In this document: one piece after another, positions 1 to 9,695 of the stretch
How the letters are laid out: every line of letters begins with the position of its first letter
How positions within the stretch are numbered: position 1 is the stretch's first letter
From: Candidatus Eiseniibacteriota bacterium
GTDB taxonomy: Bacteria; Eisenbacteria; RBG-16-71-46; JABDJR01
Direction of reading: 5' to 3'
Assembly (NCBI GenBank): GCA_963762255.1
Contig: CAVXKA010000002.1
Span: 288,001-352,000, forward strand
Length of the DNA stretch: 64,000 nucleotides
The notes under the pieces: generated by a model
What the model was told of the DNA's origin: nothing
The model's input: the letters and a program-made list of their open reading frames with translations, nothing else
Databases searched by the model: none
Translations under genes and position numbers: made by a program

Positions 1-1554
1 CAGGAGCGCCCCCTCGCGCCACTCGCGCAAGCCCGCCGGGATCGCGTGCACGAGCACCGTCGTGCCGCCGAAGAGTTCCAGGTGGAAGCCGAGCTTCTCC
101 ATCACCGCGTGGGTCTCCAGGAGCAACGATAGCTCGTCGTGGGTGAGCTCCACCGTCTCCGGGAAGAGCAGCTCCTGGCTCGTGGTGCGCGCCCCATCGA
201 AGCGGAGCATCGCTTGCTCGAAGAGGACGCGCTCGTGCGCGGCGTGCTGATCGACGACCAGGAGGCCGCCCTGGATCGCAGCGAGGATGTAGGTCTCGTG
301 GAGCTGCCACATGCTGGCCAGCGCCGGACCCGCGCTCTCGGGCGCGGCTTCGACCTCGATCGGTTCCGTGGACGCGGACCGAGGGAACGGAAAGACGTTG
401 GGTGGGAGCGCTTCGCTGGCCGCATCGCCCACGCGACCCGCGCCTCCGGCCGGGGCGACCGCGCTCACCAGGCGCAGGGATCCCTGCGCATCGAGCCCGT
501 CGCCAGGAAACGCAGGCGGCGGCTGCCAGTCCGTAGACGTCGTAAACTTCAGGGTCGGGAAATGCTCTTCCACGCGATCGCGCAGGAGGTGGATCATGCG
601 CGGGTAGAGTTCGCGCTCGCGCAGGAGCCGCACCTCGCGCTTGGTCGGATGAACGTTGACGTCCACTTCGTCGGCGGGGAGCCGCAGATGCAGCACCGCC
701 TCGGGATGGCGCGCGGGCGGGATGAGATCGCCGTAGCCCTGGCGCAGCGCCACCCGCAGCACCTGACTCATCACCCAGCGGCCGTTCACGAGAAAGGTCT
801 GATGGCTGCCGCGGGCGCGCGAGTCCTCGGGAGCGCCCAGGAATCCCTCCAGCTCGAACCCGGGCAACTGCACCAGCACCGGGATCATGCGCGCCGCCTT
901 GGCCCGACCGAGAATCTGCCCCACGCGCTCGTGAAGATCGGCCGCGGCGGGAAGGCGCATGGACTCGCGCCCCTCCACCACGAGGGAAAAGCTCACCTCC
1001 GGGCGGGCCAGCGCGTAGGCCTGGAGGAGCTGGGAGATGTAGCGCAGCTCGGCGGGCTCCCCCTTCAGGTACTTGCGGCGCGCGGGGGTGTTGAAGAAGA
1101 GATCGCGCACTTCGACGGTGGTTCCGGTCGCTCGGGCGACGGGGACGGGCGCGCCGATGCGCCCCCCCTCCACCAGGATCTCCGCCCCCTCGCCGCTCGC
1201 ATCCGCGCTGCTCAGGATCCGCAGCCGCGACACCGCGCCGATCGCAGCCAGGCCCTCGCCGCGGAAACCCAGCGAGTCGATGCGGGTGAGGTCATCGGTC
1301 TCGGCGATCTTGCTGGTGGCGTGGCGCTGCACCGCAATCGTGAGTTCGGCGGCGGGGATCCCCGCGCCGTCGTCGCTGACGCGCAGGAGCCCGGCGAGCT
1401 TCCCCTCCACCGCGACTTCGATGCGGTGCGCTCCGGCGTCGAGCGCGTTCTCCACCAACTCCTTCACGACGGAGCCGGGACGCTCGACCACTTCTCCCGC
1501 GGCGATCCGGCCCACCAGAGTCTCGGGCAGGACGCGGATCGGCCCCGTTCTCAC
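1..1554 (-). CDS. mutL: DNA mismatch repair endonuclease MutL (3' end runs off the window)
   Basis: Minus-strand translation (not in the ORF track because it is open-ended) gives IAAGEVVERPGSVVKELVENALDAGA, RHATSKI, LGFRGEGL, VDVNVHPTKREVR. The GTG start overlaps the upstream stop (GTGA). Confidence 0.95.
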   Translation of the reverse strand, partial: MRTGPIRVLPETLVGRIAAGEVVERPGSVVKELVENALDAGAHRIEVAVEGKLAGLLRVSDDGAGIPAAELTIAVQRHATSKIAETDDLTRIDSLGFRGEGLAAIGAVSRLRILSSADASGEGAEILVEGGRIGAPVPVARATGTTVEVRDLFFNTPARRKYLKGEPAELRYISQLLQAYALARPEVSFSLVVEGRESMRLPAAADLHERVGQILGRAKAARMIPVLVQLPGFELEGFLGAPEDSRARGSHQTFLVNGRWVMSQVLRVALRQGYGDLIPPARHPEAVLHLRLPADEVDVNVHPTKREVRLLRERELYPRMIHLLRDRVEEHFPTLKFTTSTDWQPPPAFPGDGLDAQGSLRLVSAVAPAGGAGRVGDAASEALPPNVFPFPRSASTEPIEVEAAPESAGPALASMWQLHETYILAAIQGGLLVVDQHAAHERVLFEQAMLRFDGARTTSQELLFPETVELTHDELSLLLETHAVMEKLGFHLELFGGTTVLVHAIPAGLREWREGALL

Positions 1555-2825
1555 CACGCCGTTTCCTCGCCGGCCAGCGCGAGTTCCACTCTCCGCAGCC
1601 GCAAGGGCCAGCGCGGATCGTCCGCCTTCATCTGCATGTGCACGCGAAGGCCGGGCGCGGGCTCCCAGCGCCACCACGGCGAACGCTCCGCCTCGAAGGT
1701 GGCGGCGAACAGGGCGTCGGGCACGGTGAGCGTTCCTTCCAGCCCGAGACCTTCGCCCTCCACATGCATCAGCCGCCAGCCCGCGCCCTCGCGGCGCCAT
1801 ACGAGCGCGGCCGCGGCATCGAGCGCGATCAGGACCGGGCTCATCCAGCCGGCGAGAACGCTCTTCTCCGCCTGCGAGTCGGGCAACCCGTGCGCAGCCA
1901 GCGAACGCGCCTCGCGCCGCCAGCGCATGAGATCGCGCAGCGCCATGTCCTCGGCGACGCGGGTCAATGCGGCGGTGTGGAGCCGCCCGCGGCGTTCACC
2001 GGCGCCGCTCACCCGGAACTCCCCGCACTCGGTGCGCAGGGCAAGCACATCGCCGGAATCCCCGGGGCGGGCCCCCGCCGAGGCCCCGGTCCACAACCAC
2101 GGCACCCAGGTGTCCACGCCGCCATCCCACCAGAGCGCGATCGCCGCGTCGCGACCGAGTGCGTCCTCGACGAGGTAGCGGAAGGTGGCCTCGGGGCTTT
2201 CCCACGCTGCGGCCGAGCCGAGCTCAAGTTCGGGAGCGTGCTCGGAGGGCTCAATCGAGGGGGCAGGAACGACGGCAGGAGCTGGCACGGGAGCAGGGAC
2301 AGGAGCGGGAGCAGGAGCAGGCTCGGGAGGATGGTGGGAGCCATTTCCAGCCCCGGAACTCACCGTTTCATTGTGTGTTACCGGCGTTTCCTCAGGCGGA
2401 TTCGGGGGCGCTTGGGCGACCGGCGCGGCATGAGTCGTCGAGACGCGCACCGGGGGTGTCATGGCGCTCAGGGCGGAAGCGGCAGCCGCGGCCTGCGCGC
2501 TTACCGCCGCATGAACTGCCGGCGAGACCTCGCTCGCTGGCTGGAGCCCCTCCGGCAGAACGATTCGCGCCCCCACCTCGCGCCACGCCTTGGCCCACTC
2601 GGCGATCTCGTCGTGAGGCGCGGAGGGCACCACCACCACGTCGTCCGCGCGCGCGCGCGGCGGCTCGGTCAGCGCCGGCATCTGCGCGACATCCGCCAAC
2701 CTCAGGATCAGCGCCCCCGGATCGGGATGGACGACCAGCACCTCCGGGCGCGGGTCGAGACGGGAAAGTCGTGAGAGGACGTCCACATCCTTGCCTGCCA
2801 AGCCAAGGAGCACGTATCTGGGCAT
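1551..2825 (-). CDS. Hypothetical protein with central Pro/Ala-rich linker
   Basis: Part of ORF 1551..2969; likely start MPRYVLLGL at 2825. Contains PAPAPAPVPAPVPAPA low-complexity linker; translationally coupled to mutL. Confidence 0.7.
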   Translation of the reverse strand: MPRYVLLGLAGKDVDVLSRLSRLDPRPEVLVVHPDPGALILRLADVAQMPALTEPPRARADDVVVVPSAPHDEIAEWAKAWREVGARIVLPEGLQPASEVSPAVHAAVSAQAAAAASALSAMTPPVRVSTTHAAPVAQAPPNPPEETPVTHNETVSSGAGNGSHHPPEPAPAPAPVPAPVPAPAVVPAPSIEPSEHAPELELGSAAAWESPEATFRYLVEDALGRDAAIALWWDGGVDTWVPWLWTGASAGARPGDSGDVLALRTECGEFRVSGAGERRGRLHTAALTRVAEDMALRDLMRWRREARSLAAHGLPDSQAEKSVLAGWMSPVLIALDAAAALVWRREGAGWRLMHVEGEGLGLEGTLTVPDALFAATFEAERSPWWRWEPAPGLRVHMQMKADDPRWPLRLRRVELALAGEETAW

Positions 2826-2847
2826 GGTTGTGTCTCCGCTGCTGCAA

Positions 2848-3876
2848 TCAGGTTTGAGGCAGGGCTCGCGCGGAGGCGGTTGTCGCGGACAGCACCGCGC
2901 CCACCACCCGACCCGTGTCGATGTCCGCCATGCAACGAAAGTGCACCCGAGGACATGCTTGCGAGCCATGCAGGGTGCAAGGACGGCAGGAGAGGCCCTC
3001 GTTCTCGATGACTCGGTGCCCCTCCCCCACCGGCGCGAAGCCGAACGCGCGGACGGTGGAACCCAATATTACCACCACCGGGGTACCCATCGCCGCCGCC
3101 AAATGCGCGAGGCCGGTGTCGTTGGAGACGATGCCGGAGAGCCCGCCGAGAGCTGCCGCCACGGTCCCGAGGTCCTCGCGAACCGCGATCCATTCCCCAT
3201 CCGAGGGCCAGAGAGCCCGCCACGCATCGAGGAGATCGCCCTCATCCGGGCCGAAGAAGACCGGGATCGGGCCCGCGCCGGCCGCGTGAAGGGCGCGCCC
3301 CGCCTGCGCGAAACGATCGAGGGGCCAGCGCTTGGTGAAGTACCTCGCTCCCGGGACGAGGCCGATGGCGCCTGAAGGGATCCCCAGGGACTCGGCGCGG
3401 GCCCGCGCCTCAGGCCCGGGATGCACGGAAGGAAGCGCGCGCGAGCCCGGTCGCACCGTCTCCGCGAACGACGCGGCGACGCTGAACCCGGCGGGCGGAC
3501 CCCATCGGTGTGTCCGCACCAGAAGCCGCCGCTCCAGATGCATGCGCCTCGGCCGGCGCACCGCGCGCAGCCCCGCCCACATGGCCAGGATCCGCGTCCT
3601 CTGCGAGGACTGGAGATCGAAGGTCTCGACGTAGCGCGCCTCGCGAAGCCGCGCCGCCCAGCGCGCGAGCCCGCGCGGACCGCGTTCGTCGCGCGGCCAC
3701 GCGAGCACGCGGCGCACCGCGGGATGGCCGTCCCAGATCGGGGCCCACTCCGATTTGACCAGCACGTCCAGGCAGCGGTCGCCGTGCACCTCGCGCGCCG
3801 CGTTGGCTGCGGCGGTGGCGAGTACGACGTCGCCGAGCGAACCCAGGCGGATGAGGAGTCGCGAGGCTCCGCTCAC
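2848..3876 (-). CDS. Glycosyltransferase family 9 (LPS heptosyltransferase, WaaF/WaaQ-like)
   Basis: IRLGSLGDVVL, TKRWP and SNDTGLAHLAAAMGTPVVVILG motifs. Confidence 0.9.
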   Translation of the reverse strand: MSGASRLLIRLGSLGDVVLATAAANAAREVHGDRCLDVLVKSEWAPIWDGHPAVRRVLAWPRDERGPRGLARWAARLREARYVETFDLQSSQRTRILAMWAGLRAVRRPRRMHLERRLLVRTHRWGPPAGFSVAASFAETVRPGSRALPSVHPGPEARARAESLGIPSGAIGLVPGARYFTKRWPLDRFAQAGRALHAAGAGPIPVFFGPDEGDLLDAWRALWPSDGEWIAVREDLGTVAAALGGLSGIVSNDTGLAHLAAAMGTPVVVILGSTVRAFGFAPVGEGHRVIENEGLSCRPCTLHGSQACPRVHFRCMADIDTGRVVGAVLSATTASARALPQT

Positions 3877-6245
3877 CGCGTGCGTTTCGACGGCGCCTTG
3901 GCGCGGGCGGGTCGAAGCGCGGCCTCCAGCACCTCCTCAAGGTTGTCGACGAGAACGAACTCCATCGAGTCCCGCACGCCTTCCGGCACCTCCTCGAGAT
4001 CGGCCGCGTTGTGCGCGGGCAGGATGATCCGTTCGATGCCGGCGCGCTTGGCCCCCAGCACTTTGTACTTGAGCCCGCCGATCGGAAGCACGGTACCCCG
4101 AAGCGAGATCTCGCCGGTCATGGCGGTGTCCGAGCGCACCGCGCGCCCGCTCACGAGCGATGCGAGCGCGGTCACCATCGCCACCCCCGCCGACGGCCCG
4201 TCCTTGGGCATCGCCCCCGACGGCACGTGGATGTGCGTGTCGAACTTCTCGAACTCGATGTTGTTGCCGCCCGCGATCTGCGCCGCGTGCGAGCGCACAT
4301 AGGAGAGCGCGGCCATGGCCGATTCGCGCATCACGTCGCCGAGATGTCCGGTGAGCGTGAGTTGGCCGCGTCCGGCCATGCGGGTCGCCTCCACGAAGAG
4401 GATCTCCCCACCGACTGGGGTCCAGGCGAGGCCGGTGACCACCCCCACCCGGTCCCGCCGCTCGCGCCGTTCGCGAAAGATCTTGGAGTTGCCGAGGTAC
4501 TGGGAGAGGTTCTTTCGCGTGACCAACACGTTCACGCGCTTACCGCGCGCGACACGGATGGCCACCTTGCGGGCCACGCTGGCGATCTGGCGCTCCAGCT
4601 CGCGCACTCCGGCCTCGTGGGTGTACTCGGCGGCGATGGCAGCCAGCGCGCGACGGTCGAAGCGCAGTTGCTTCGGCGTCACCCCGCTGTCGGCCAGAGC
4701 CCGCGGAACCAGGTAGCGCCACGCGATCTCCACCTTGTCGCCGGTCGTGTACCCGGGAAGCTCGATCACTTCCATGCGGTCCCGCAACGGACCCGGGATC
4801 GAGTAGAGCACGTTGGCGGTGGTGATGAAGAGCACCCGGGAGAGATCGTAGGCCACGTTCAGATAGTTGTCGTGGAAACTGTTGTTCTGCGCCGGGTCGA
4901 GCACCTCGAGGAGTGCCGAGGTGGGATCGCCGCGAAAATCGGCGCCCACCTTGTCGACCTCGTCGAGCATGAAGACCGGATCGACGGCCTTGGCCGAGGC
5001 CAATCCCTGAACGATGCGCCCCGGCATCGCCCCGATGTACGTGCGGCGATGGCCGCGGATCTCCGCTTCGTCGTGGAGTCCGCCCAGAGACAGGCGCACG
5101 AAGGGCCGCCCCAGCGCGCGGGCGATGGACTGGCCGAGCGAGGTCTTCCCCACCCCGGGAGGGCCGGAGAAGCAAAGGATCGGGCTCTTGGGGTGCTCGC
5201 TGAGCTTGCGCACCGCAAGGTACTCGAGGATGCGGGCCTTCACCTGGTCCAGGTCGAAATGGTCGTCGTTGAGGATCTTCTCCGCCTTGTCGACGTTGAT
5301 GGCGGGCCGCTGGACGACGCGCCACGGGAGCTGCAGCATCCAGTCGATGTACGTGCGCGCCACCGTGTACTCGGCGGCCTGTGGCGGCATCACGCGCAGA
5401 CGCTCGTACTCCTTGGTCGTGGCACCGAGCGCCTCCTCGGACATCCCCGCCTCGTCGATCCGCTTCTTGAGATCGGCCAGCTCGGCGTTCTCGTCGTCCC
5501 CACCCAGCTCTTTCTGAATCGCCTTCATCTGTTGGCGCAGGTAGAACTCCCGCTGCGTCTTCTCCATCTCGGTCTGGACCTGGTCCTGGATGCGCCGCCC
5601 CAGGGCGAGGATGTCCAGCTCGTGCACCATGAACGCGGTGACCCGTTCGAGCCGCTTTTCCGGGTTCTCCTCCTCGAGGAGCGCCTGCTTGTCCGCCAGT
5701 TCGAGGTTCAGGTTCGCGCCGAGGAAGTCGACGAAGCGACCGGGATCCTCGATGTTGAGCGCCACGACCTTGAGCTCGTCCGAAAGCGTGCTCGTCGCGT
5801 CCACCATCTTCTGGAAGAGTTCCAAAGCGTTTCGGCGGAGCGCCTCCGAGCGGCGGGTCTCCGGCTGATCGGCGGCCAGGACCTCCACGCGCCCCTTCAG
5901 AAACGGCTTTTCCTGCACCGTCTCCAGAAGCCGGACGCGCACCACCGCCTGCACCAGAAGCCGCATGCCGCCGTCGGGGAATCGGAGCATCTTGTGAATG
6001 ATCGCGGCGGTGCCGATTCGGGCGAGTTCCGACTCGGTGTCGGGACGCACGGTGAAGAGGCCGATGATCTTGTCGCCCGCGAGCGCTTCGTCCACGAGAT
6101 CGAGAATGTGCCTCTCGCTCACCACCATCGGAAACATCGTGTAGGGAAAGGCCACGATGTCCTGCATCGGGACCAGGCCCAGGATCTCCGGGATGCGCGG
6201 GAGCGGTCCCGGCTCTTCGAGCACGTGCTTCGGGTTCTCGTCCAT
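3873..6245 (-). CDS. lon: ATP-dependent Lon protease
   Basis: Lon N-domain, Walker A GPPGVGKT, EIRGHRRTYIGAMPG and catalytic PKDGPSAG; likely start MDENPK at 6245. Confidence 0.97.
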   Translation of the reverse strand: MDENPKHVLEEPGPLPRIPEILGLVPMQDIVAFPYTMFPMVVSERHILDLVDEALAGDKIIGLFTVRPDTESELARIGTAAIIHKMLRFPDGGMRLLVQAVVRVRLLETVQEKPFLKGRVEVLAADQPETRRSEALRRNALELFQKMVDATSTLSDELKVVALNIEDPGRFVDFLGANLNLELADKQALLEEENPEKRLERVTAFMVHELDILALGRRIQDQVQTEMEKTQREFYLRQQMKAIQKELGGDDENAELADLKKRIDEAGMSEEALGATTKEYERLRVMPPQAAEYTVARTYIDWMLQLPWRVVQRPAINVDKAEKILNDDHFDLDQVKARILEYLAVRKLSEHPKSPILCFSGPPGVGKTSLGQSIARALGRPFVRLSLGGLHDEAEIRGHRRTYIGAMPGRIVQGLASAKAVDPVFMLDEVDKVGADFRGDPTSALLEVLDPAQNNSFHDNYLNVAYDLSRVLFITTANVLYSIPGPLRDRMEVIELPGYTTGDKVEIAWRYLVPRALADSGVTPKQLRFDRRALAAIAAEYTHEAGVRELERQIASVARKVAIRVARGKRVNVLVTRKNLSQYLGNSKIFRERRERRDRVGVVTGLAWTPVGGEILFVEATRMAGRGQLTLTGHLGDVMRESAMAALSYVRSHAAQIAGGNNIEFEKFDTHIHVPSGAMPKDGPSAGVAMVTALASLVSGRAVRSDTAMTGEISLRGTVLPIGGLKYKVLGAKRAGIERIILPAHNAADLEEVPEGVRDSMEFVLVDNLEEVLEAALRPARAKAPSKRTR

Positions 6246-6249
6246 GGCC

Positions 6250-6678
6250 CTACTCCACCTCGATCTGGAATTCCTGGCTTTCCGACTGCGGTTGCGCCCG
6301 CAGCCGAATCTCCAGCACTCCGTCGCGGTAGGTCGCCGAAGCCTCCGACCGCCCGAAGGCCTCCGGGACCTGGATACTGCGCGCAAAGGGCCCCATGGCG
6401 ATCTCCATCTTGTGAAACGTCTTGCGGCCGGGTATGGACTCGTCCCTCCGGATCCCGCGCACGAGCACGCAGCAGCCGCGCATGAGGATCTGTATGTCCT
6501 CTCGGCGCACGCCGCTCACGTCCAGGCGGATCACGAACGTCGAGTCGGTCTCGTACGCGTCGGTGGCGGGGTACCACACCACGTCCGCCTCCACGCCGCT
6601 CCGCCCGGGCTCCTGGAAGAGATGCTCCACCAGGTCCCGGAAATGTCCCCACCGATCTTCGAACTTGTCGGCTGCCAC
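6250..6678 (-). CDS. Hsp20/alpha-crystallin small heat-shock protein
   Basis: PATDAYET, GPFARSIQVP, ASATYRDGVLEI and a C-terminal I-x-V motif (IEVE); directly upstream of lon. Confidence 0.9.
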   Translation of the reverse strand: MAADKFEDRWGHFRDLVEHLFQEPGRSGVEADVVWYPATDAYETDSTFVIRLDVSGVRREDIQILMRGCCVLVRGIRRDESIPGRKTFHKMEIAMGPFARSIQVPEAFGRSEASATYRDGVLEIRLRAQPQSESQEFQIEVE

Positions 6679-6687
6679 GGCGGTCTC

Positions 6688-7068
6688 CTACCAGGTCGAT
6701 TCGTTCGCCATACCTTCGTCGAAGACCATGACTCCGGCGAAGTCTTCGCGCCGATCTTCCTCGGTCTTGGTCATCAAACCCGCGTCGATGAGGTTGTACA
6801 CGATCTCGCCCACGTCCTCGCCGCGCAAGAGTCCCCAGTGGTTGAGCACGAGATGGGCCATGGGCCCGTACTCGGCCAGCGCCAGCTCCCGGAGTCCGCA
6901 CAGCAGATCCGAGCCGGTCACGTGCTCCGCCCGCCGCCCGGAGCGATGCCGGCCCTGATAGAAATCGAGCGCGGCCTGCACGAAGAAGTACGCGTCGCGA
7001 TGGTACCGGGCGTCCCGTGCCATCAGCGCGTCGAGCGTGCGCTCGTAGTCTTCCCGGGGGTCGCTCAC
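6688..7068 (-). CDS. Minf_1886/TIGR04138-like conserved protein
   Basis: DARYHRDAYFFV, HVTGSDLL, GPMAHLVLNHWG, EDVGEIVYNLI and EDRREDF match the family pattern as recalled. Confidence 0.8.
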   Translation of the reverse strand: MSDPREDYERTLDALMARDARYHRDAYFFVQAALDFYQGRHRSGRRAEHVTGSDLLCGLRELALAEYGPMAHLVLNHWGLLRGEDVGEIVYNLIDAGLMTKTEEDRREDFAGVMVFDEGMANESTW

Positions 7069-8759
7069 CGCGTGTCTCCGGTCCCGGGCGCGTCGGGAAT
7101 CGTGTTGCCCCAGGTCACGTCACCCACCCGCCCCAGCACCGAGTCCCTCCGGTAGTGGATGTCGTCCGGCTCCAAGTGGTCTCGGTTGAAGTGGAGTCCC
7201 CGGCTCTCCCGTCGCGCGGTGGCGAGCTGCAGGATGATCTCCGCCACCAGGGTGAGGTTGCGCAGCTCCAGCAGGTCGGAGTCCACCGCGAACCTGCGGT
7301 AGAAACGATCCACGTCCTCCCGGATGAGGGCAAGGTGCCGGGCCGCGCCGGCCATGCGCTCGTCCGATCTCACGATCCCCACGTAGTTCCACATGAGGCG
7401 GCGGACCGCGTCCCAGTTGTGGTTGATGATGACGTCCTCACGCGGGGCGCCGGTCGTGGGAACGATCCATGCGTCGGCCTCGGGGGGCGGCGGTCCCGCC
7501 AGCCACTTGGCAAGATCGCGTCCGGCGCGGTCGGCGAAGACCAGCGCTTCGAGAAGCGAGTTCGAGGCGAGGCGGTTGGCGCCATGGAGGCCGGTGTGCG
7601 CAACCTCGCCCACCGCGTAGAGCCGCGGGATATCGGTGGCGCCGGCGCGGTCGGTGCGCACCCCGCCGCACATGTAGTGGGCGGCGGGAACCACCGGAAT
7701 CGGTCGCGTCGCGGGATCGATCCCGTAGGCGCGGCATCCCTCCATGACCTGGGGGAAGCGCTCGTCCAGGAACGAGGCGCCGAGCGCGGTGGCGTCCAGC
7801 CACACGTGCTCCTCGCCGCGCGTCTTCATCTCCTGATCGATGGCGCGCGCCACCACGTCGCGGGGGGCGAGGTCGCCGAGCGGGTGGTGATTCTTCATGA
7901 ACGCGTTGCCGTCCAGCGTGCGCAACACCGCGCCCTCGCCGCGCATCGCCTCGGTGATCAGGAACCGGCGCGCCTGCGGGTGATAGAGGCAGGTGGGATG
8001 GAACTGCACGAACTCGAGGTTCGAGACGCGGGCCCCGGCGCGAAACGCCATCGCCACGCCGTCGCCGGTAGCGATATCGGGGTTCGAGGTGTAGAGGTAG
8101 ACCTTTCCCGAGCCTCCGGTGGCGAGCACGGTGGCCTTGGCCTGGTAAGCCGTCACCGAGCGCGCGTCGGGGGTGAGCACGTAAGCGCCCCAGCACGCCT
8201 CGCCGTCGTGCGAGGCGCCGCGCGACATGCGCGAGGCGAGGATCAGGTCGATCGCGAAGTGGTGCTCGAGCACGGTGATGTTCGGGCGCGCAGCCACCGC
8301 GGCCAGCAGCGCCTTCTCGACCTCGGCCCCGGTGCGGTCGGCGGCGTGAACGATGCGCCGCACCGAGTGCCCCCCCTCGCGCCCGAGGGCCAGCTCGCCG
8401 TCGCTCTTCTGCGTGAAGTCCACCCCGAGACCCTGGAGCTCGCGCACGAGGGTGGGCCCCTCCTCCACTACCAACCGCACCACTTCGGGGTGGCAGAGCC
8501 CCGCTCCCGCGTCCAGGGTGTCCCGCACGTGCAGGTCGGCGTGATCGTGGGGATCCAGCACCGCGGCGATCCCCCCCTGAGCGTAGTTGGTGTTGGATTC
8601 CGGCCGCGCCTTCTTGGTCACCAGGGTGACCGAGCCCCGGCGGCTGGCGGTGAGGGCGGCCCAGAGGCCGGCCAGGCCGGTGCCAAGGATCAAGACGTCG
8701 GTGTGGCGGGGGGGTTCGGCGACCATTTCGGATTCCGTGGGCCAGGGACGGGGCCTCAT
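7065..8759 (-). CDS. nadB: L-aspartate oxidase
   Basis: GTGLAG FAD motif, SNTNYAQGGIA, EGGHSVRRIVH, FVQFHPT, GLHGANRLASNSLLE. Start could instead be 8726. Confidence 0.95.
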   Translation of the reverse strand: MRPRPWPTESEMVAEPPRHTDVLILGTGLAGLWAALTASRRGSVTLVTKKARPESNTNYAQGGIAAVLDPHDHADLHVRDTLDAGAGLCHPEVVRLVVEEGPTLVRELQGLGVDFTQKSDGELALGREGGHSVRRIVHAADRTGAEVEKALLAAVAARPNITVLEHHFAIDLILASRMSRGASHDGEACWGAYVLTPDARSVTAYQAKATVLATGGSGKVYLYTSNPDIATGDGVAMAFRAGARVSNLEFVQFHPTCLYHPQARRFLITEAMRGEGAVLRTLDGNAFMKNHHPLGDLAPRDVVARAIDQEMKTRGEEHVWLDATALGASFLDERFPQVMEGCRAYGIDPATRPIPVVPAAHYMCGGVRTDRAGATDIPRLYAVGEVAHTGLHGANRLASNSLLEALVFADRAGRDLAKWLAGPPPPEADAWIVPTTGAPREDVIINHNWDAVRRLMWNYVGIVRSDERMAGAARHLALIREDVDRFYRRFAVDSDLLELRNLTLVAEIILQLATARRESRGLHFNRDHLEPDDIHYRRDSVLGRVGDVTWGNTIPDAPGTGDTR

Positions 8760-8963
8760 GGCAAAGCTTCAGAGGCCGATACTATCGGAACGCCTCTCCC
8801 CTCACAAGGCGAGGGCCAAATCCCCCAGCCGGATACGGCCGGCGACGCCGCGGTTCACGCCCGCCGCCAGAGGCACCGATATCCGGGGTGGACCTAGTCG
8901 CCCGCCGCGGTCGCCGCTTGCGCGATGCCGACCCGGAGGCCTGTTCGATAAGGAGGAGAGAGG

Positions 8964-9605
8964 ATGAGTTTCCGTCATCGTCTGCCTTGGCTCGCCGCAC
9001 TCACCGTCGTGCTCGGCCTGGGCTTCTCAGCGTGCAGCGACGAGGAGGGGGGCGACAGCCGCAACATCGTCGACGTCATTTCGCTCAACCAGAACGCGCC
9101 GCTGAGCGCGGATGTGTGGGAGTGGATCGACGACAAGGACTACACGAAGGGCGGCTTCATACCGCTGGAACTCGTCGAGGTCACCTTCAAGAGCCGCGTG
9201 CACGACGACGCCCTGACCATCGAACCCGGCGAACCTTTCGGTTCGGTGCGGTTCACGAGCTTTGACGTGGTGTTCGAGGATCCCGACCACGCCAACGGCG
9301 TGGATCTCGATAACGACGGGACCGTCGACATCGAGAACTTCAGCTCGCCGATGAACCTCGTGGTGCCGACCGGACTCACGGCGACCGCCACGATTCAGAT
9401 CGTGAGCTTCGAGAACAAGGCCACCCCGCCCATCATCTGTCTCGGCCCGGCCGAGATCGGCGACGCGAGCTGCTCCTCCAACACCGCCGTCCAGTACGCA
9501 ACGAACACGCGAATCACGTTCCACGGCATCGAGGAGACCAGCGGCGACACGATCACGCTGACTCGGGGGCTCATGGTCACCCTCGCAGACATCTACAGCA
9601 AATAG
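8964..9605 (+). CDS. Putative lipoprotein of unknown function
   Basis: Strong RBS (AGGAGGAG), signal peptide with lipobox FSAC, acidic beta-rich body, DLDNDGTVD motif, downstream terminator. Confidence 0.8.
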   Translation: MSFRHRLPWLAALTVVLGLGFSACSDEEGGDSRNIVDVISLNQNAPLSADVWEWIDDKDYTKGGFIPLELVEVTFKSRVHDDALTIEPGEPFGSVRFTSFDVVFEDPDHANGVDLDNDGTVDIENFSSPMNLVVPTGLTATATIQIVSFENKATPPIICLGPAEIGDASCSSNTAVQYATNTRITFHGIEETSGDTITLTRGLMVTLADIYSK

Positions 9606-9635
9606 CGCCGCATCCCATCGGGTGAGGCCTGGAGG

Positions 9636-9670
9636 CGGGAGCGGTCACCGGACCGCTCCCGTTTCATTTT
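9636..9670 (+). terminator. Intrinsic terminator after the lipoprotein gene (between convergent genes)
   Basis: CGGGAGCGGTC-accg-GACCGCTCCCG 11-bp stem followed by TTTCATTTT. Confidence 0.8.
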
Positions 9671-9695
9671 CCGCGCGGGCTTCGCCCCGCAGCCT

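Noticed and set aside
139-2178. 679-aa plus-strand ORF and other long plus-strand ORFs (4011..6485, 18694..21240, 21089..23521, 51367..53742, 57735..60329)
   Set aside because: Antisense shadows of clear minus-strand genes, expected in high-GC DNA; no motifs.
2270-2325. GGAGCA-type short tandem repeats
   Set aside because: They encode the Pro-Ala linker of the hypothetical protein; not an independent element.
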